A stretch of 64,000 nt of DNA from Amoebidium appalachense (GCA_963693365.1 CAVNZM010000007.1:667979-731978); one strand, 5' to 3'. Shown: positions 9,966-22,091, numbered from the stretch's first letter. Numbers and translations are program-made. The notes: generated from the sequence alone by a model not told the origin.

Positions 9966-10370
9966 TGGGTGTCTTGTGGTGAAAGTAAAGTTTATGGCAT
10001 ACAGGCAGATGTGTGCTTTAAGCCTTAGGGAACTGTGGGCAGACATGTCAACACTTGGGCCTATGGGTAGACGTGTACACACTTAGTGTATTTGTTTGTG
10101 TCTCTCATGGTTATTTTATAGCATGAAGCACTGCAAAAAATGGTGTATGTTTCCGTGGTCCACGTACACAGAATCCTTTAATATGAACACAAGTGATTGT
10201 ATAGAAAAAGAGTACGTACGTAAATGATAGTCTAGTCAGATTACAAAGAACAAATCAACTTGGACCGAGTATATTCAAATACAAACTAAAAGAGAAAAGA
10301 AACAAATAAATCAAGACCGATCAATTCAAATACAAATCAAAAGAGAATGCCACTTAGTCGACCAATCAAA

Positions 10371-11591
10371 TCAGTACATCTCATGCTCATACTGGTCAAA
10401 CTCTTCCTGGTCAAGATCAATGAGGGGAATTTCTTCAGTTTGTTTATGTTTGGGTTCAGGTTTGCGGTCATACACGACCGACTCACGATCAGACGCAGAT
10501 TCGTCATCTGTCATATCATCGAGTACCTGATTTGCCCGTCGTTTGAGCCGCTTGGGGTTGAATGCTTCATCTGAGTCCCAATCACATTGATCATGGACGC
10601 GTTTGGCGGGTGAGGCAGGTGAAGAGACAGACTCATTACCACCTGTGTATGCCTTCAAGTTCTTCTCCCGTCGCAGAATCTTCCTTCGGATGCTTTTTAT
10701 GGTGTTTTGGGCTGCACACACAGCAGCAATGGCCAGGCCCTCCGCCATTTCATCTTCAGCCGCCTTTGCCTCTTTGACACGCTCTCGAGCATTCTGGAGC
10801 TCCCCCCTCACACTAGTTAGCTGTGCATCGAGGTCCATCGTATGGTCATGCAACGAAGTCTCAGGTGTTTTGGTGTGCTTGGGCCTGGGCTTAGCGGCAG
10901 GGGTGGTCTTGGCAGGAGTGGTCTTGGTGGTAGGGGTGGTCTTGGCAGGAGTGGTCTTGGTGGTAGGGGTGGTCTTGGCAGGAGTGGTCTTGGTGGTAGG
11001 GGTGGTCTTGGCAGGAGTGGTCTTGGCGGCAGGGGTGGGGGCAGTCACAGGGGCGGTCTTTGCGACAGGGGTGGGGGCAGTCACAGGGGTGGTCTTTGCG
11101 ACAGGGGTGGGGGCAGTCACAGGGGTGGTCTTTGCGGCAGGGGTGGGGGCAGTCACAGGGGCAGTCTTTGCGACAGGGGTGGGGGCAGTCACAGTGGTGG
11201 TGTTGGCGGCAGGGGTGGGGTCAGCAGTCACAGTGGTGGTGTTGGCGGCAATGGTAGTCTTGCGAGGGCCACTGAAAATGTAGTTTTCATAGGCCACCTG
11301 GCCATCCCGACGGGGTGCTGCAGCCCGTTGCAGGCTGGCAAGCTCGGCCTGCAGGGTCTTGATCTGCTCTTCGGCTGCCCTCAGTCGTGCCTCTACATCA
11401 GAGGGCTGGGGTTGGGGGGGTCGGGGGGTACGCGCAGCATTCTCATTGGTCACTTGACTGCGGAGGCTGGTGAGGTCGGTGCGGAGGCTGGTGACGTCGG
11501 TGTGCAGGGCCGTTAAGCGAGACGAATGGTCCGTGTACAGAAAATCAAAGCGCTTCTGCAGCTGTTGAAGCTCCTCTTTCCAAGAATCCAT
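10371..11591 (-). CDS. Hypothetical protein: N-terminal coiled coil, Thr/Pro/Ala/Lys repeat stalk, C-terminal coiled coil, NLS-like and acidic tail
   Basis: 406-aa ORF; PTPVAKTTPVTA and AKTTPTTKTTP repeats; upstream TATA GGCATATAAAAGC (11686-11698, minus strand). Confidence 0.75.
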   Translation of the reverse strand: MDSWKEELQQLQKRFDFLYTDHSSRLTALHTDVTSLRTDLTSLRSQVTNENAARTPRPPQPQPSDVEARLRAAEEQIKTLQAELASLQRAAAPRRDGQVAYENYIFSGPRKTTIAANTTTVTADPTPAANTTTVTAPTPVAKTAPVTAPTPAAKTTPVTAPTPVAKTTPVTAPTPVAKTAPVTAPTPAAKTTPAKTTPTTKTTPAKTTPTTKTTPAKTTPTTKTTPAKTTPAAKPRPKHTKTPETSLHDHTMDLDAQLTSVRGELQNARERVKEAKAAEDEMAEGLAIAAVCAAQNTIKSIRRKILRREKNLKAYTGGNESVSSPASPAKRVHDQCDWDSDEAFNPKRLKRRANQVLDDMTDDESASDRESVVYDRKPEPKHKQTEEIPLIDLDQEEFDQYEHEMY

Positions 11592-11809
11592 GTTTCGTGT
11601 GAGTGTTTGAAAAACAAGTTTGTTGTGTGTCGCCTTTTACTATTGAGTGTCAGTGTTGAAATGAGTGAATGTGACCGTGTGTGCTGCTTTTATATGCCAC
11701 GGTACAAAGCAGCTTACAGCAATGGTGCCAAGGCTCAATGGGATAGATCTCTCCAATCAACGGTCATTGTCACTCAAACGGCCTTGATGGTTGGCAAAGT
11801 ATCACATCT

Positions 11810-12490
11810 AAGCTTGATGAAAACAAACCCGTGGCTGCTAACCATTGGCCGGGTATAGATCTAACCAAAAAAGGAAGGCACAACAAATTGGTGCCTGCAC
11901 ACGGAGCATGCCTATAGGCTGTTTAGACACCACACGTGTAGGGCGCTGCCTCTTGGCACCAACCAGAAGAGGGTAGAAATTGGTGCCTGCACACGGAGCA
12001 TGCCTATAGGCTGTTTAGACACCACACGTGTAGGGCGCTGCCTCTTGGCACCAACCAGAAGAGGGTAGAAATTGGTGCCTGCACACGGAGCATGCCTATA
12101 GGCTGTTTAGACACCACACGTGTAGGGCGCTGCCTCTTGGCACCAACCAGAAGAGGGTAGAAATTGGTGCCTGCACACGGAGCATGCCTATAGGCTGTTT
12201 AGACACCACACGTGTAGGGCGCTGCCTCTTGGCACCAACCAGAAGAGGGTAGAAATTGGTGCCTGCACACGGAGCATGCCTATAGGCTGTTTAGACACCA
12301 CACGTGTAGGGCGCTGCCTCTTGGCACCAACCAGAAGAGGGTAGAAATTGGTGCCTGCACACGGAGCATGCCTATAGGCTGTTTAGACACCACACGTGTA
12401 GGGCGCTGCCTCTTGGCACCAACCAGAAGAGGGTAGAAATTGGTGCCTGCACACGGAGCATGCCTATAGGCTGTTTAGACACCACACGTG
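11810..12490 (-). repeat. Right inverted-repeat arm: inner unique segment plus ~6.5 x 92-bp tandem unit
   Basis: Units start at 11891, 11983, 12075, 12167, 12259, 12351 and 12443; reverse complement of the left arm. Confidence 0.95.
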
Positions 12491-12580
12491 TTGTGGCTTC
12501 TGCCTTTATCACCCACACACCCACACGTGCCAACATACACTATCCTCCCCGTGAGTGGCATGCCAGTCTCCCCAGCCCCC

Positions 12581-12642
<62 letters not shown>

Positions 12643-12827
12643 TGCCCCCCTGCCCCCCTGCTCCCCTGCCACATGCACACCCACACACTGGGTGCCCCCC
12701 CTGCTCCCCTGCCTCCCGGAACCAGGCCCCAGTGAGTGCTCACGTGCCTCCCCCTGCTCCCCTGCTCCCCTGCCTCCCGGAACCACGCCCCGGCGCAGTG
12801 GCAGCTATTTTTAGATATAGAGATTCC

Positions 12828-12931
12828 ATGGCCACATGGCCAGATGGCCAGATCATTTTGCTCACCGTTTTATCCCGTTTTATCCACCTTTTTCCACACA
12901 CTGAATTTGACCTGGCCATCTGGCCATCTGG
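12828..12931. promoter_or_regulatory. ATGGCCAG iteron inverted repeat (origin-like)
   Basis: ATGGCCAC-ATGGCCAG-ATGGCCAG-ATCA (12828-12855) / TGAC-CTGGCCAT-CTGGCCAT-CTGG (12908-12931); spacer has CCGTTTTATC twice. Confidence 0.6.
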
Positions 12932-13676
12932 GTAGAGACCGTTTTCTGTTCTGATATTGGAGAACTGTCTGATAGTGATAGCAAATGTCATTCGAAGAAC
13001 AATCGGGAAACCCCGTGGTGTGACAACCAATCAGAATGAAGCAATACGGTCAGTCGACCAATCATTGATGTGTGTAGACTTTGCATTCCAGATCTATTCT
13101 AGATCTCGATCCGCAAGACTTTCCCATCTCAAAGGCCCACACCGTGACACCCCATAGACACCGCTACATACATTTCTTTTCCTTTTTTGCCAACACAAAT
13201 GCTTAGCTCGAGGGGGAAAATTGGGTTGCCGAGGCCTAACATGTACATGACTAGGCCTCATAATCAGGCTCGAAGTATGTACGATTCCTCAGGAGCGTGG
13301 CTACACACGTGTGTACTGTACGCCGCACAGCGGGCAGTTTCGGGAGACTCTAAAAAGCCTCTTGATTTCCAGGAGGTTACATCTAAGCGTTAGCAGCCGC
13401 ATATGCAATCAGAACGACAAGTATATGTACGTAGCAGGGGCAAGCACACTGTGTAGACGTAACGAGCTCGAGGGCAATTGATTTCGCAGCCAAAGAATCT
13501 CACGCGTAATAAGCCCGGGTTGAACTAGTACGGTGTTCAATCTCGGGTCTGTTTATCGAGATTTGCATACACATCACTAGCAAAACAATCATGGTGTATA
13601 ATGCGTATTTTTTGTGTGTACATGCTTTAATAGCCTCGCAACAAGTTTTGAACATTGGAACACGGTGTACCTCAAA

Positions 13677-14672
13677 ATGCGGAAGCCACTAAAACCGAGC
13701 AGGTTCAGTACTGTGTGCAAATGCCGTGCTACCTGGCTGGTTCTCGTGGTTGTTGCCCTGTGTGGCTGCATTTACGTTGCAGATATCATTAGCACCTCTA
13801 TTGCCACAAAAGCGGTACAGAACCAAATTACGGACAGGTGGTTTTTGAAAAAGTTTCCGTTCGGGCACGTGGTACAAAACGGGCCTGAGGAAGGAGTTCT
13901 TCGTGAGATAGAAGTTGGTGTGGATGAATTGGATGTGGCGGAAAATGAAGAAGAAAACACCCAAAGTACGGCACCGGAGAGGCAAAACAACAAAACAACA
14001 GAAAATCATAACCTAAATCCTGTAATTCTTCAACCAACTCCGACAAACACTACAGGGACACAGAGGGGATTCTGTAGAAAGGTGTTTCCGAATTTTGAAA
14101 AAAATCCGCCACCCAGGAAGATTTTCGAGGGTCCAACACACGTAAAGGGCGTGTATGGAGTCTCATCCATGTTTTATTTCAGCGGTGTTTTCTATACAGA
14201 CACACGATGCGGGTCCGGGGCTTCTTTGCAACTTGGGGTGCCGAAAACTTGGACCAACATTGAGCAGGTGGAGAAAATGCGCAAGAGGACGTCGACGGAA
14301 AAGAGAAATGTTGAGTGGTTGACTGGGGAGCAGTATGCGGCAAAGAGGGCAGATATTGCTAGGAATGAAAGTGATCTGCGTGTTCATGTGGTAAGTGCTG
14401 TGAACTCGTGTTTTTTGGGTAGTTTAACCCGAGGCTATGCAGTATTCGACAGGTCGTACATTGGTATTGCTGAGTTGCAAATATGCATATTGTGTCAAGG
14501 GTAGTCATGCGGGGCACACTCAAGTTCGCACACACGCACCCATGCACCCGCACATGCACGGACAGGCTCCAAGCAAATTTGTATACACAGCATGCCTCAG
14601 TTACGTGGCTACTACTGTGTTCCTGTACATTCTCGTTTCTTTGCCTGGCCCCCCTCCCCCCTCCCCCCTTCC

Positions 14673-14703
<31 letters not shown>

Positions 14704-14888
14704 AGACAACAGGTGCACTTGCCCGCACGTACACACACACGCACACACGCGCGCGCACACACACACAGACAAACACATACAAAACGCGCGTGCGCGCAGG
14801 TGAAATACACATGCTGTTTGTGTGCACACATGCATGTGCGCGCGCACATACTCACATGCGCACACACACAAAACCACCAAACTCTCCC

Positions 14889-14920
<32 letters not shown>

Positions 14921-15260
14921 ATCCAACACACACACATGCTCATGTAAACAAACACACACAGACTCACATTCTCTCGTTCCTTCACTTCCATCGTGCCTCC
15001 CTGTCCTCTTCTCTTTCTCAGCTTTGAATGCAATTTCTATTTCAACGAATTTCATGTCTCTCCTCCTTTACCCTCACAGCTCTTATCTTTTCTTACCTCG
15101 ACGGGACAGTGGATGTGCACACAAAAAACAACCACCCCCCCCCCCCCCACCCACCCACCCACCTCTACTTCCACCCGGGGGCACACACGCACACACGCGA
15201 TTGCTCATGCCTGCTTGAACGCGAACGCGCCTGCTTCTCCCCCCGCCCCCAGTTTACCCC

Positions 15261-15291
<31 letters not shown>

Positions 15292-16867
15292 AAAAAAAAA
15301 ACTCTCAAAAACCTCTTAAATCTCTCAAAAAAAAACTCTCAACCCCACAGAAAGCCCACTATGTAGGCTTTGCATTTTGCAGCCTGCATTGTATTGCCCG
15401 TTGTGGATGTGTTCTTCATGCTCTGTTTTACATTCCAGCAGCCCCCCCCCCTCCCCGCTCCCTCTCTCCTTTCCCCCCCCCCCCCCCACCCCCCTCTCCC
15501 CTTGCCTCCCCCCCCCCCCCCCCCCCCCCTTGTCCCCCTTTGCCTCATAGGGCCGTCCGTAGAGACACCAGCGTACCATGCACACCTAACCAGATTTGCC
15601 CCCCCCCCCCCCCCCCCCCCCCCCCTCCTCCTCCCCCTCCTCTCCCCCTTCCCACCCATCCACACCTGTTTCCTTTGGTCGTCCTTCAAATGGTTTTTGT
15701 TTTCATTTTCCCCAACTCCAACGGGCCCCCCATCCCCCCCACCTCCCCCCCCCCCCCTTCCCCCTTTCGAATTCCACTCAGGTCAAATCGGGTCGGAAGG
15801 CACCAGCACCCACCCCCCCGGCCCCTCAAGTGACATTCCTTGTCAAGACCTCCTACGCTGGGTTCATACTTAACTACTTCCACAACGCATTTGAAACGGT
15901 ATTCGATCTGTACCATTCGATTATGGAAATCTACGATTGGGACGAAAATGCGGCGAAACAGGGCGCAAACATAGTCGTTCTCAACAAATATCCGGGAGAA
16001 AAACAAAAATACGCACGGGAGTTGGTTTCGTGTGTCCCCCACCGGTCACTTGTGTTTATAGACCCCAGAATTTCCGATTTGTCGCCACCAAAAGCAACCC
16101 GGGGTTTGAAATTCGGCCGGACGGTTTTTGGTGTTGCCCCCATGAGACACATGGGTCTGGCGCGGCAGGAGGGTGCATATCGAAATTTCACCCAAAACGT
16201 ATGGAAATGTCTACATTCCAAGCAGGCGCCCGCTGAAAACCTAAACAGCAACACGAAAATTCAGTTATCGGAGATCTCAAAATCGGGGCCGGAGATTGCG
16301 CAAACACCCAGGGAGAAAGGGGAAACAAAAACCGCGCTTCTTGTGTGCCGGCACAAACCTGGGCCCGGAGATCGGAGATTCGACAATGAAATTGAGATGA
16401 TCGATGCGATGCAGAGAGTATTGGAATCGAAGGGTTGGATCGTAAAACAAGAAGCGATGGAGGAATTGAGGCTATCACAGCAGTTGGAAAGATGGAACGA
16501 GGCAGATTTGGTAATCGGATCTCATGGCGCGGGGTTAACAAACGTGCTGTTTATGCGCCCTGGATCGACTCTAGTTGAGATATTTCCCTACGGATTTTAC
16601 GACAGATTATACGGTGATATGAGCTCACTCGTCAGCGTGAAATACCGAAATTTCAGCGCGACCCAAGAGGGGCAAACGAATGCGCTTAGCGAATATCCGA
16701 AAGACTGCCCCATTTCATTGGATGATTGTCATGCATCCTTCTGGGAGTTAGCCAAAGGTAGCGCTTATACGATACCTTTTTGTTGTCGTTTGTATGTGCT
16801 AAGGGCTTCAATTAGGCTAAATATAAATCAGTTCGAAGGTATGCTACAAAATATTGCGGATGGGTAA
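13677..16867 (+). CDS. Glycosyltransferase family 61 (DUF563 / EOGT-POMGNT2-like), type II membrane protein; exons 13677-14390 and 15782-16867
   Basis: N-terminal TM anchor; phase-0 GTAAG...CAG intron. GT61 motifs NYFH, RRFDNEIE, QQLERWNEADLVIGSHGAGLTNVLFMRPGSTLVEIFP. Confidence 0.9.
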
Positions 16868-18004
16868 GAGTTTACGCAAAGGTGATAAAAAGGTGATTTC
16901 TGATTGGTTACTAGTGATAAATTCCACTAATATTAATATGTAACTTTAGTGTCGTGTCTTCTTTAAGTTAGGTGTGTTTTCGTATAAGTGGCTATGTGAT
17001 TTCTGTGTAACTTCAGCATTTAAGCAACATGAGATGTATTTAGGAAGTGGTATTCTCATCCATGGGCAAGGAAGTGGTATTCTCATCAATGGGCCGAGCC
17101 TCCCACTGCCACCTGAATATGAGGTATTAATTCAATTGTATTTGTTCTCCTATTGTACAGAATAAATGGATTTGCCATTGTATTTGCTTGAGAAGTGTGC
17201 AGAGTATAATGGTGCTTTATTTGTATTTGCATCCTAATTGACAGTGTGTAGAAAAAATGAAATCAATTGTATCGTATTCCTAGTGCACAGAGCAACTGGG
17301 GACTCGGAAATGGAATTCAATCTGCATTTGTTTTCCGATCTCAAGATAAACCAACTTGCTGGTTATTATCCGAGTGCTTTATAATTGTCAACCATATGCA
17401 CACGTGTTGTGCGTGCAATAAATCTATGAGACTATTTAACGGTTTGTACTGTTCTTAGGGAGTGAGTAGTACGAGATGCCTTATTATGAAACGATACAGA
17501 AGGGCACGGGTGGCAACGGGTTAAATTGTGCAGGTTGGGGAGGGGGGGGGGGGGGGGGGTTAAAGAAACCCCGGAAGGAATTAAAGGAAGGGGTGTAACA
17601 GGTCCGCCTACTACTGCTATGAGTAGTAGGTTTAAGTCTTGATGACATATTGCTGTGCCTAGCAGGGACCAATCACATCGGCCGGGTAAACTTGCTCCAA
17701 GCAGAAAACCATTCTGCTATTGGCAGAATTATTCTGCAAAAGAAGAACATTCTGATCACGGCAGCATATTATCTTGCTTAAAGCAGAATAACTCCGCTTT
17801 TCAAAATAATCTAATTTTTTTGGAGAAGAATTCCGCTTGGAGCAAGTTGACTCGGCCGATTCGATAGAGGCCTTTGTATGTGAAGGGGGAACAGACGAGT
17901 GCTAGGGCACATATGTACACTGCATGCACAATTGGAGTGGGCGGTAAAAAGGGAGAAGCATGTGGGGTGGGGTTTGTTTATGTGTGTGCGTGTGTGTGCG
18001 TGTG

Positions 18005-18051
<47 letters not shown>

Positions 18052-18071
18052 CATGTGTGTGTGTGTGTGTG

Positions 18072-18126
<55 letters not shown>

Positions 18127-18322
18127 CGCGTGTGCTTAACCTTTTTTTGGGGGGGGGGGAGGGGGGAGGGGGGGAGGGGGGAGGGGGGGGGAAGGGGGGG
18201 GGGCGCTGTGGGGAGAGAAAGAGAGATAGAGAGAGGGGGGGGGGAGGGGGAAGAGGGAGAAAGAGAGGGGTGGAGAGAGAGAGAGGGAGAGATAGGGAGA
18301 GAGACAGAGAGGGAGAGATAGG

Positions 18323-18383
<61 letters not shown>

Positions 18384-18690
18384 GGAGGGGGGGGGGGGAG
18401 GGGGGGGGAGAGAGAGAGAGGAGAGAGAGAGAGAGAAAGAGAAAGAGAGAGAGAGGGGGGGAGAGGGGGAGAGGGAGAGGGGGAGAGGGGGAGGGAGGGA
18501 GAGAGGGAGGGAGAGGGAGGGGGGAGGGGGAGAGGAGAGGGAAAGGGAGGGGGAGGGAGAGAGGGAGGGGGAGAGGGAGGGTGAGGGGGGGAGGGAGGGA
18601 GCCTCAGGGAGGGAGGGAGGGAGGGAGGGGGGAGGGGGAGGGTTCCTGAAGGAGGGGGTGAGGGGGCCTCGGAGAGAGGGAGACTGGGAG

Positions 18691-18725
<35 letters not shown>

Positions 18726-18924
18726 ATGGGGGGGAGGGGGGAGGGGGAGGGGGGGGGAGGGGAGAGGGCATGTTGTGCAAAAGTTGGTGTGTGTGCACGT
18801 CAGGCCGTTTCTACCATTGTGGGGTATGCATTTGCGACGGGAGCCTAGCTAGTGTACGTGTGTGCGTGCGTGTGTGTGAGTGTGTGTGCGTGTACATGTT
18901 CACGTGCCCACTTTTTTTTTTTTT

Positions 18925-18955
<31 letters not shown>

Positions 18956-19659
18956 GGGGGGAGGGTAGCATAAAACACTTGAATATCTCTTGGCCAGTCT
19001 TATTTTCTTTTTTTTTTAATATTAATTTAACCTACGAATCATTAATGGGCGCATGATATTAGCCCATGCACTGCATGCTGACCACATATGCCCATTTTGA
19101 TATTTAATATAATATACCCGCAGCAATACAAAGTGCATAAACCCCAACTTCAAATTCTATTTCATGCGATTTTATTTCGATAAATAACACATACACGCCA
19201 AATTCACCGGAGTGAAAGCACGAAAGTCATTTCTACTTCTACGATACTTTGATATTTCACTTCATTTATCATCACAACAACGAATGATATCAATTGAATT
19301 CGGTTTGCATTCAGCCAGTCACATCGCGTTTCAGCTATCCACCCACCCATTGCCACTTAAAGCGAAAACACAAACATTCAACCCAAACCAAACCACCACA
19401 ATCCAAATAACAAGAAAAGTCTTAGAAAACTCAAACATTTAACCCATCACACATCACCAATTTAAAAAAACGTATAGTTAAACGTATTGATTTCAACCCA
19501 ACACCGTAAATTCAAAAGCCAAGTATATTCTTAGTAAACACAAACATTCAACCCAACACACCACATTCCGAATTCAAGATCTTTAAACCGACCCATTCAA
19601 CCATTCCCAAGTCCAATCGAATTAATCACATTCGCACCACATTCACGGGTCGGGTCATA

Positions 19660-20276
19660 CTAATTCGATTCGGGCCAGTTCTCATCGACATATTCCATCA
19701 CCTTCTGTGCCGTCCACCTCTCCCTGGGGTCCACCGCACAGATCCCCCTCAGCAGAATTTCCATTTTTGGCCCAATAGGTCTCCTGCTACCCCTTGCAGC
19801 CTCTCTGGGAGACATACACTTCGAAGAATTCACGTTGCGCAAATATTCCTTATTTGTGTTGCTTGCTTCCCCCCACGGAAAACGGCCAGTCAGAAGAGCA
19901 AAGATGATGATACCAAACTGTGGGGGGGGGGATTTAGTTAGATTGGGGTATATGTTACGGAGATAAAAATAAGCAAGGCAACCGCGGAATCACATGGAAA
20001 AAACGCAAAAACATGAAGCATGAAGGGTTGGGAGCGGCGACCCCTAAATCCCCAATGAGAGCATCAGGCCTAAACATGCAATAGGCAGGTTACAAACAAC
20101 AAACATAACAAAACATAACAACGAAACAAAACAAGCAAATCAACACCATTGCAGGCCAGCACATGACCGTGCTGTCTCGTTTGCTCCTTTTTTTCTTTTA
20201 CCCCTGGCTTCTTCTTTTGTGTGTCCGCGTTCTTTGCGTCGTGTGTGTGTGGTGTTGTTGTTTTTTTTTTCTTTTT

Positions 20277-20348
<72 letters not shown>

Positions 20349-20603
20349 GTACTGCCCACATGTCAGCAGCCAGGAGGTTGAGCGAGTCCACAGGACTGTC
20401 GTCCAGCAATTCTGTGAAACAGAAAACAATCGTTATATTTGTATGTGTGCTGGTGTTGTAAGCCGCTGAGCAAAAAGCAAATTCCACACACATGTATATC
20501 CCCATGACACATGATCATTTCTGCCCCACCCCTTGCCGGCATGGCACCGTCACCACCAACCACCATGCAAGCTCAGCGAACTCAGCTCGAGTCCCCCCTC
20601 CCC

Positions 20604-20634
<31 letters not shown>

Positions 20635-22091
20635 AAAAAACACAAAAACAAAAACAAAAAAAACACCCACACCCACACACCTGGAGCCATGTATGCGAGG
20701 GTGCCGATGGCTTTTGATTGGTTGCACTCGGACACGTGCTGTGCCTGATCCAGGTCGATAAGCTTCACTCCTATTGGCTGCCCTGGCCGCCGCACAAGTC
20801 CAATGTTGTCCGGCTATAAGGGGGAGGGGGGAAGGTTTACGTTGGTCAGTTTTGAAAATAGTGTTGTTGACGTTGCGCAAAACAACTATCTCATCCCCAC
20901 ACATGTACAACTTGAGTGATGAGCTTCAGACACTAAACACGTGAACATGTTCAATCATGCACAGGGCCGTAGGCAGCCTTTCATTTTTGCACAGTGTTTA
21001 CTATACATCTTTAGATGCGACTCCTAGAACGCCTTGCAACCCATACCAAGCAATTCACCGAAACTTCAAACACTAAAACCGACCGCTTTTTTCTGTAATC
21101 AGATTGCATACCCGCCCATCTTAGCGTACCTTCAGGTCTCTGTGTGCGTATCCACTGGCATGCAGCTCACACAGGGCCTTTGCAATCTGCCGCACCCACC
21201 CGGCAGCAGCCTCCTCCTTTAACCCTTCGTCGGCTGGTATGACGTCAACTAGGTCCCCGTGGGGAAGGAATTCGTACACAAAGGTCACCTGACTCCCTTG
21301 GTCTACCACGTCATACAGCTGTAGAGTGTGCGCACATCCACTCAGGGTCCTGGGAAAAAACATGGGAGAATGGTCAATCATTGAGAAAATTGAGAAAGAA
21401 AAAAACAAAACTGAACGAGGAAAATGAGAAAGAAAAAAACAAAACTGAACGAGGAATGAGCATAAGGGAGAGGGGCAAACCGGCCAAAAGAAGGAAGAAA
21501 GGGTGTATGAAATACTGTGACCCTCAGAAGCTAACAGTTTCGACATAAAGTGCAATACGTGGGCTGCATGCAGCACGAAGCCGCACTGTTGGGATGTGGC
21601 AACCTTCACCCATATGACTCGCCTGTCCCCTTCAACAGGCACATACACATCTGCACACACCGTGATAACATGCGCTCACATTTAATTCCGTGCGCACATC
21701 CCCACGCCATGTTCAAAGCACACAACCACGCAATATTCAAAGCACACGCGCACGCCCTTACATCACATTCAATCACGTTTCTTCTTAACTCACATGCACC
21801 AATCACTCACCTCATAGTAGCAAGCAGCTTCCTCAGACGTGGCAAACTCTCCTCCGTCTTTGCCACCGTCTTCAGCACCACCCTTTTCCTCATCTGCACG
21901 TCATACGCAACAACAACATTGCTTGCCCTTCGTGAATAAGTCAAAAACCGTTTGGCGTCTTGTGTACTTTCGGACGATTGGCTCACGAGGGAAATCTGAA
22001 CGACATTGATTTCTTTCATAGATACACCATCAGCCACCGTTGGCTGCATATTGCCTACCTGGACAGCAGCATTCACTGCATCTGCCACCAT
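19660..22091 (-). CDS. Ser/Thr protein kinase, divergent; exons 22091-21811, 21349-21130, 20813-20681, 20411-20353, 19917-19660
   Basis: Five exons join in frame over GT-AG introns (316 aa): VVLK, HRDLKPDNI, KLIDLD, GTLAYMAPE, DMWAFGII, DPRERW. Confidence 0.9.

Larger units (their letters stand above)
1..12931. mobile_element. Putative endogenous DNA virus or giant mobile element segment (left end outside the window; right boundary approximate, 12.5-13.5 kb)
   Basis: Closely packed intronless ORFs, including an SF3 helicase C-terminus, C2H2 and MYND proteins and ORFans. Almost no (CA)n or homopolymer tracts, unlike the intron-rich host DNA from 13.6 kb on. No capsid, polymerase or integrase gene in the window, so the class is unresolved. 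Confidence 0.7.

Noticed and set aside
10603-11516. Val/Gly-rich plus-strand ORFs
   Set aside because: They are antisense shadows of the Thr/Pro repeat region of 10371-11591.
11891-12490. 92-bp repeats as CRISPR or coding repeats
   Set aside because: Units are identical end to end with no spacers, and 92 is not a multiple of 3. The ORFs at 6244/6259 in the left arm arise only because that unit is 93 bp.
6240-12500. Target-site duplication flanking the inverted-repeat cassette
   Set aside because: The flanks (CCATCACT vs TTGTGGCT) do not match, so a standard cut-and-paste transposon call is not supported.
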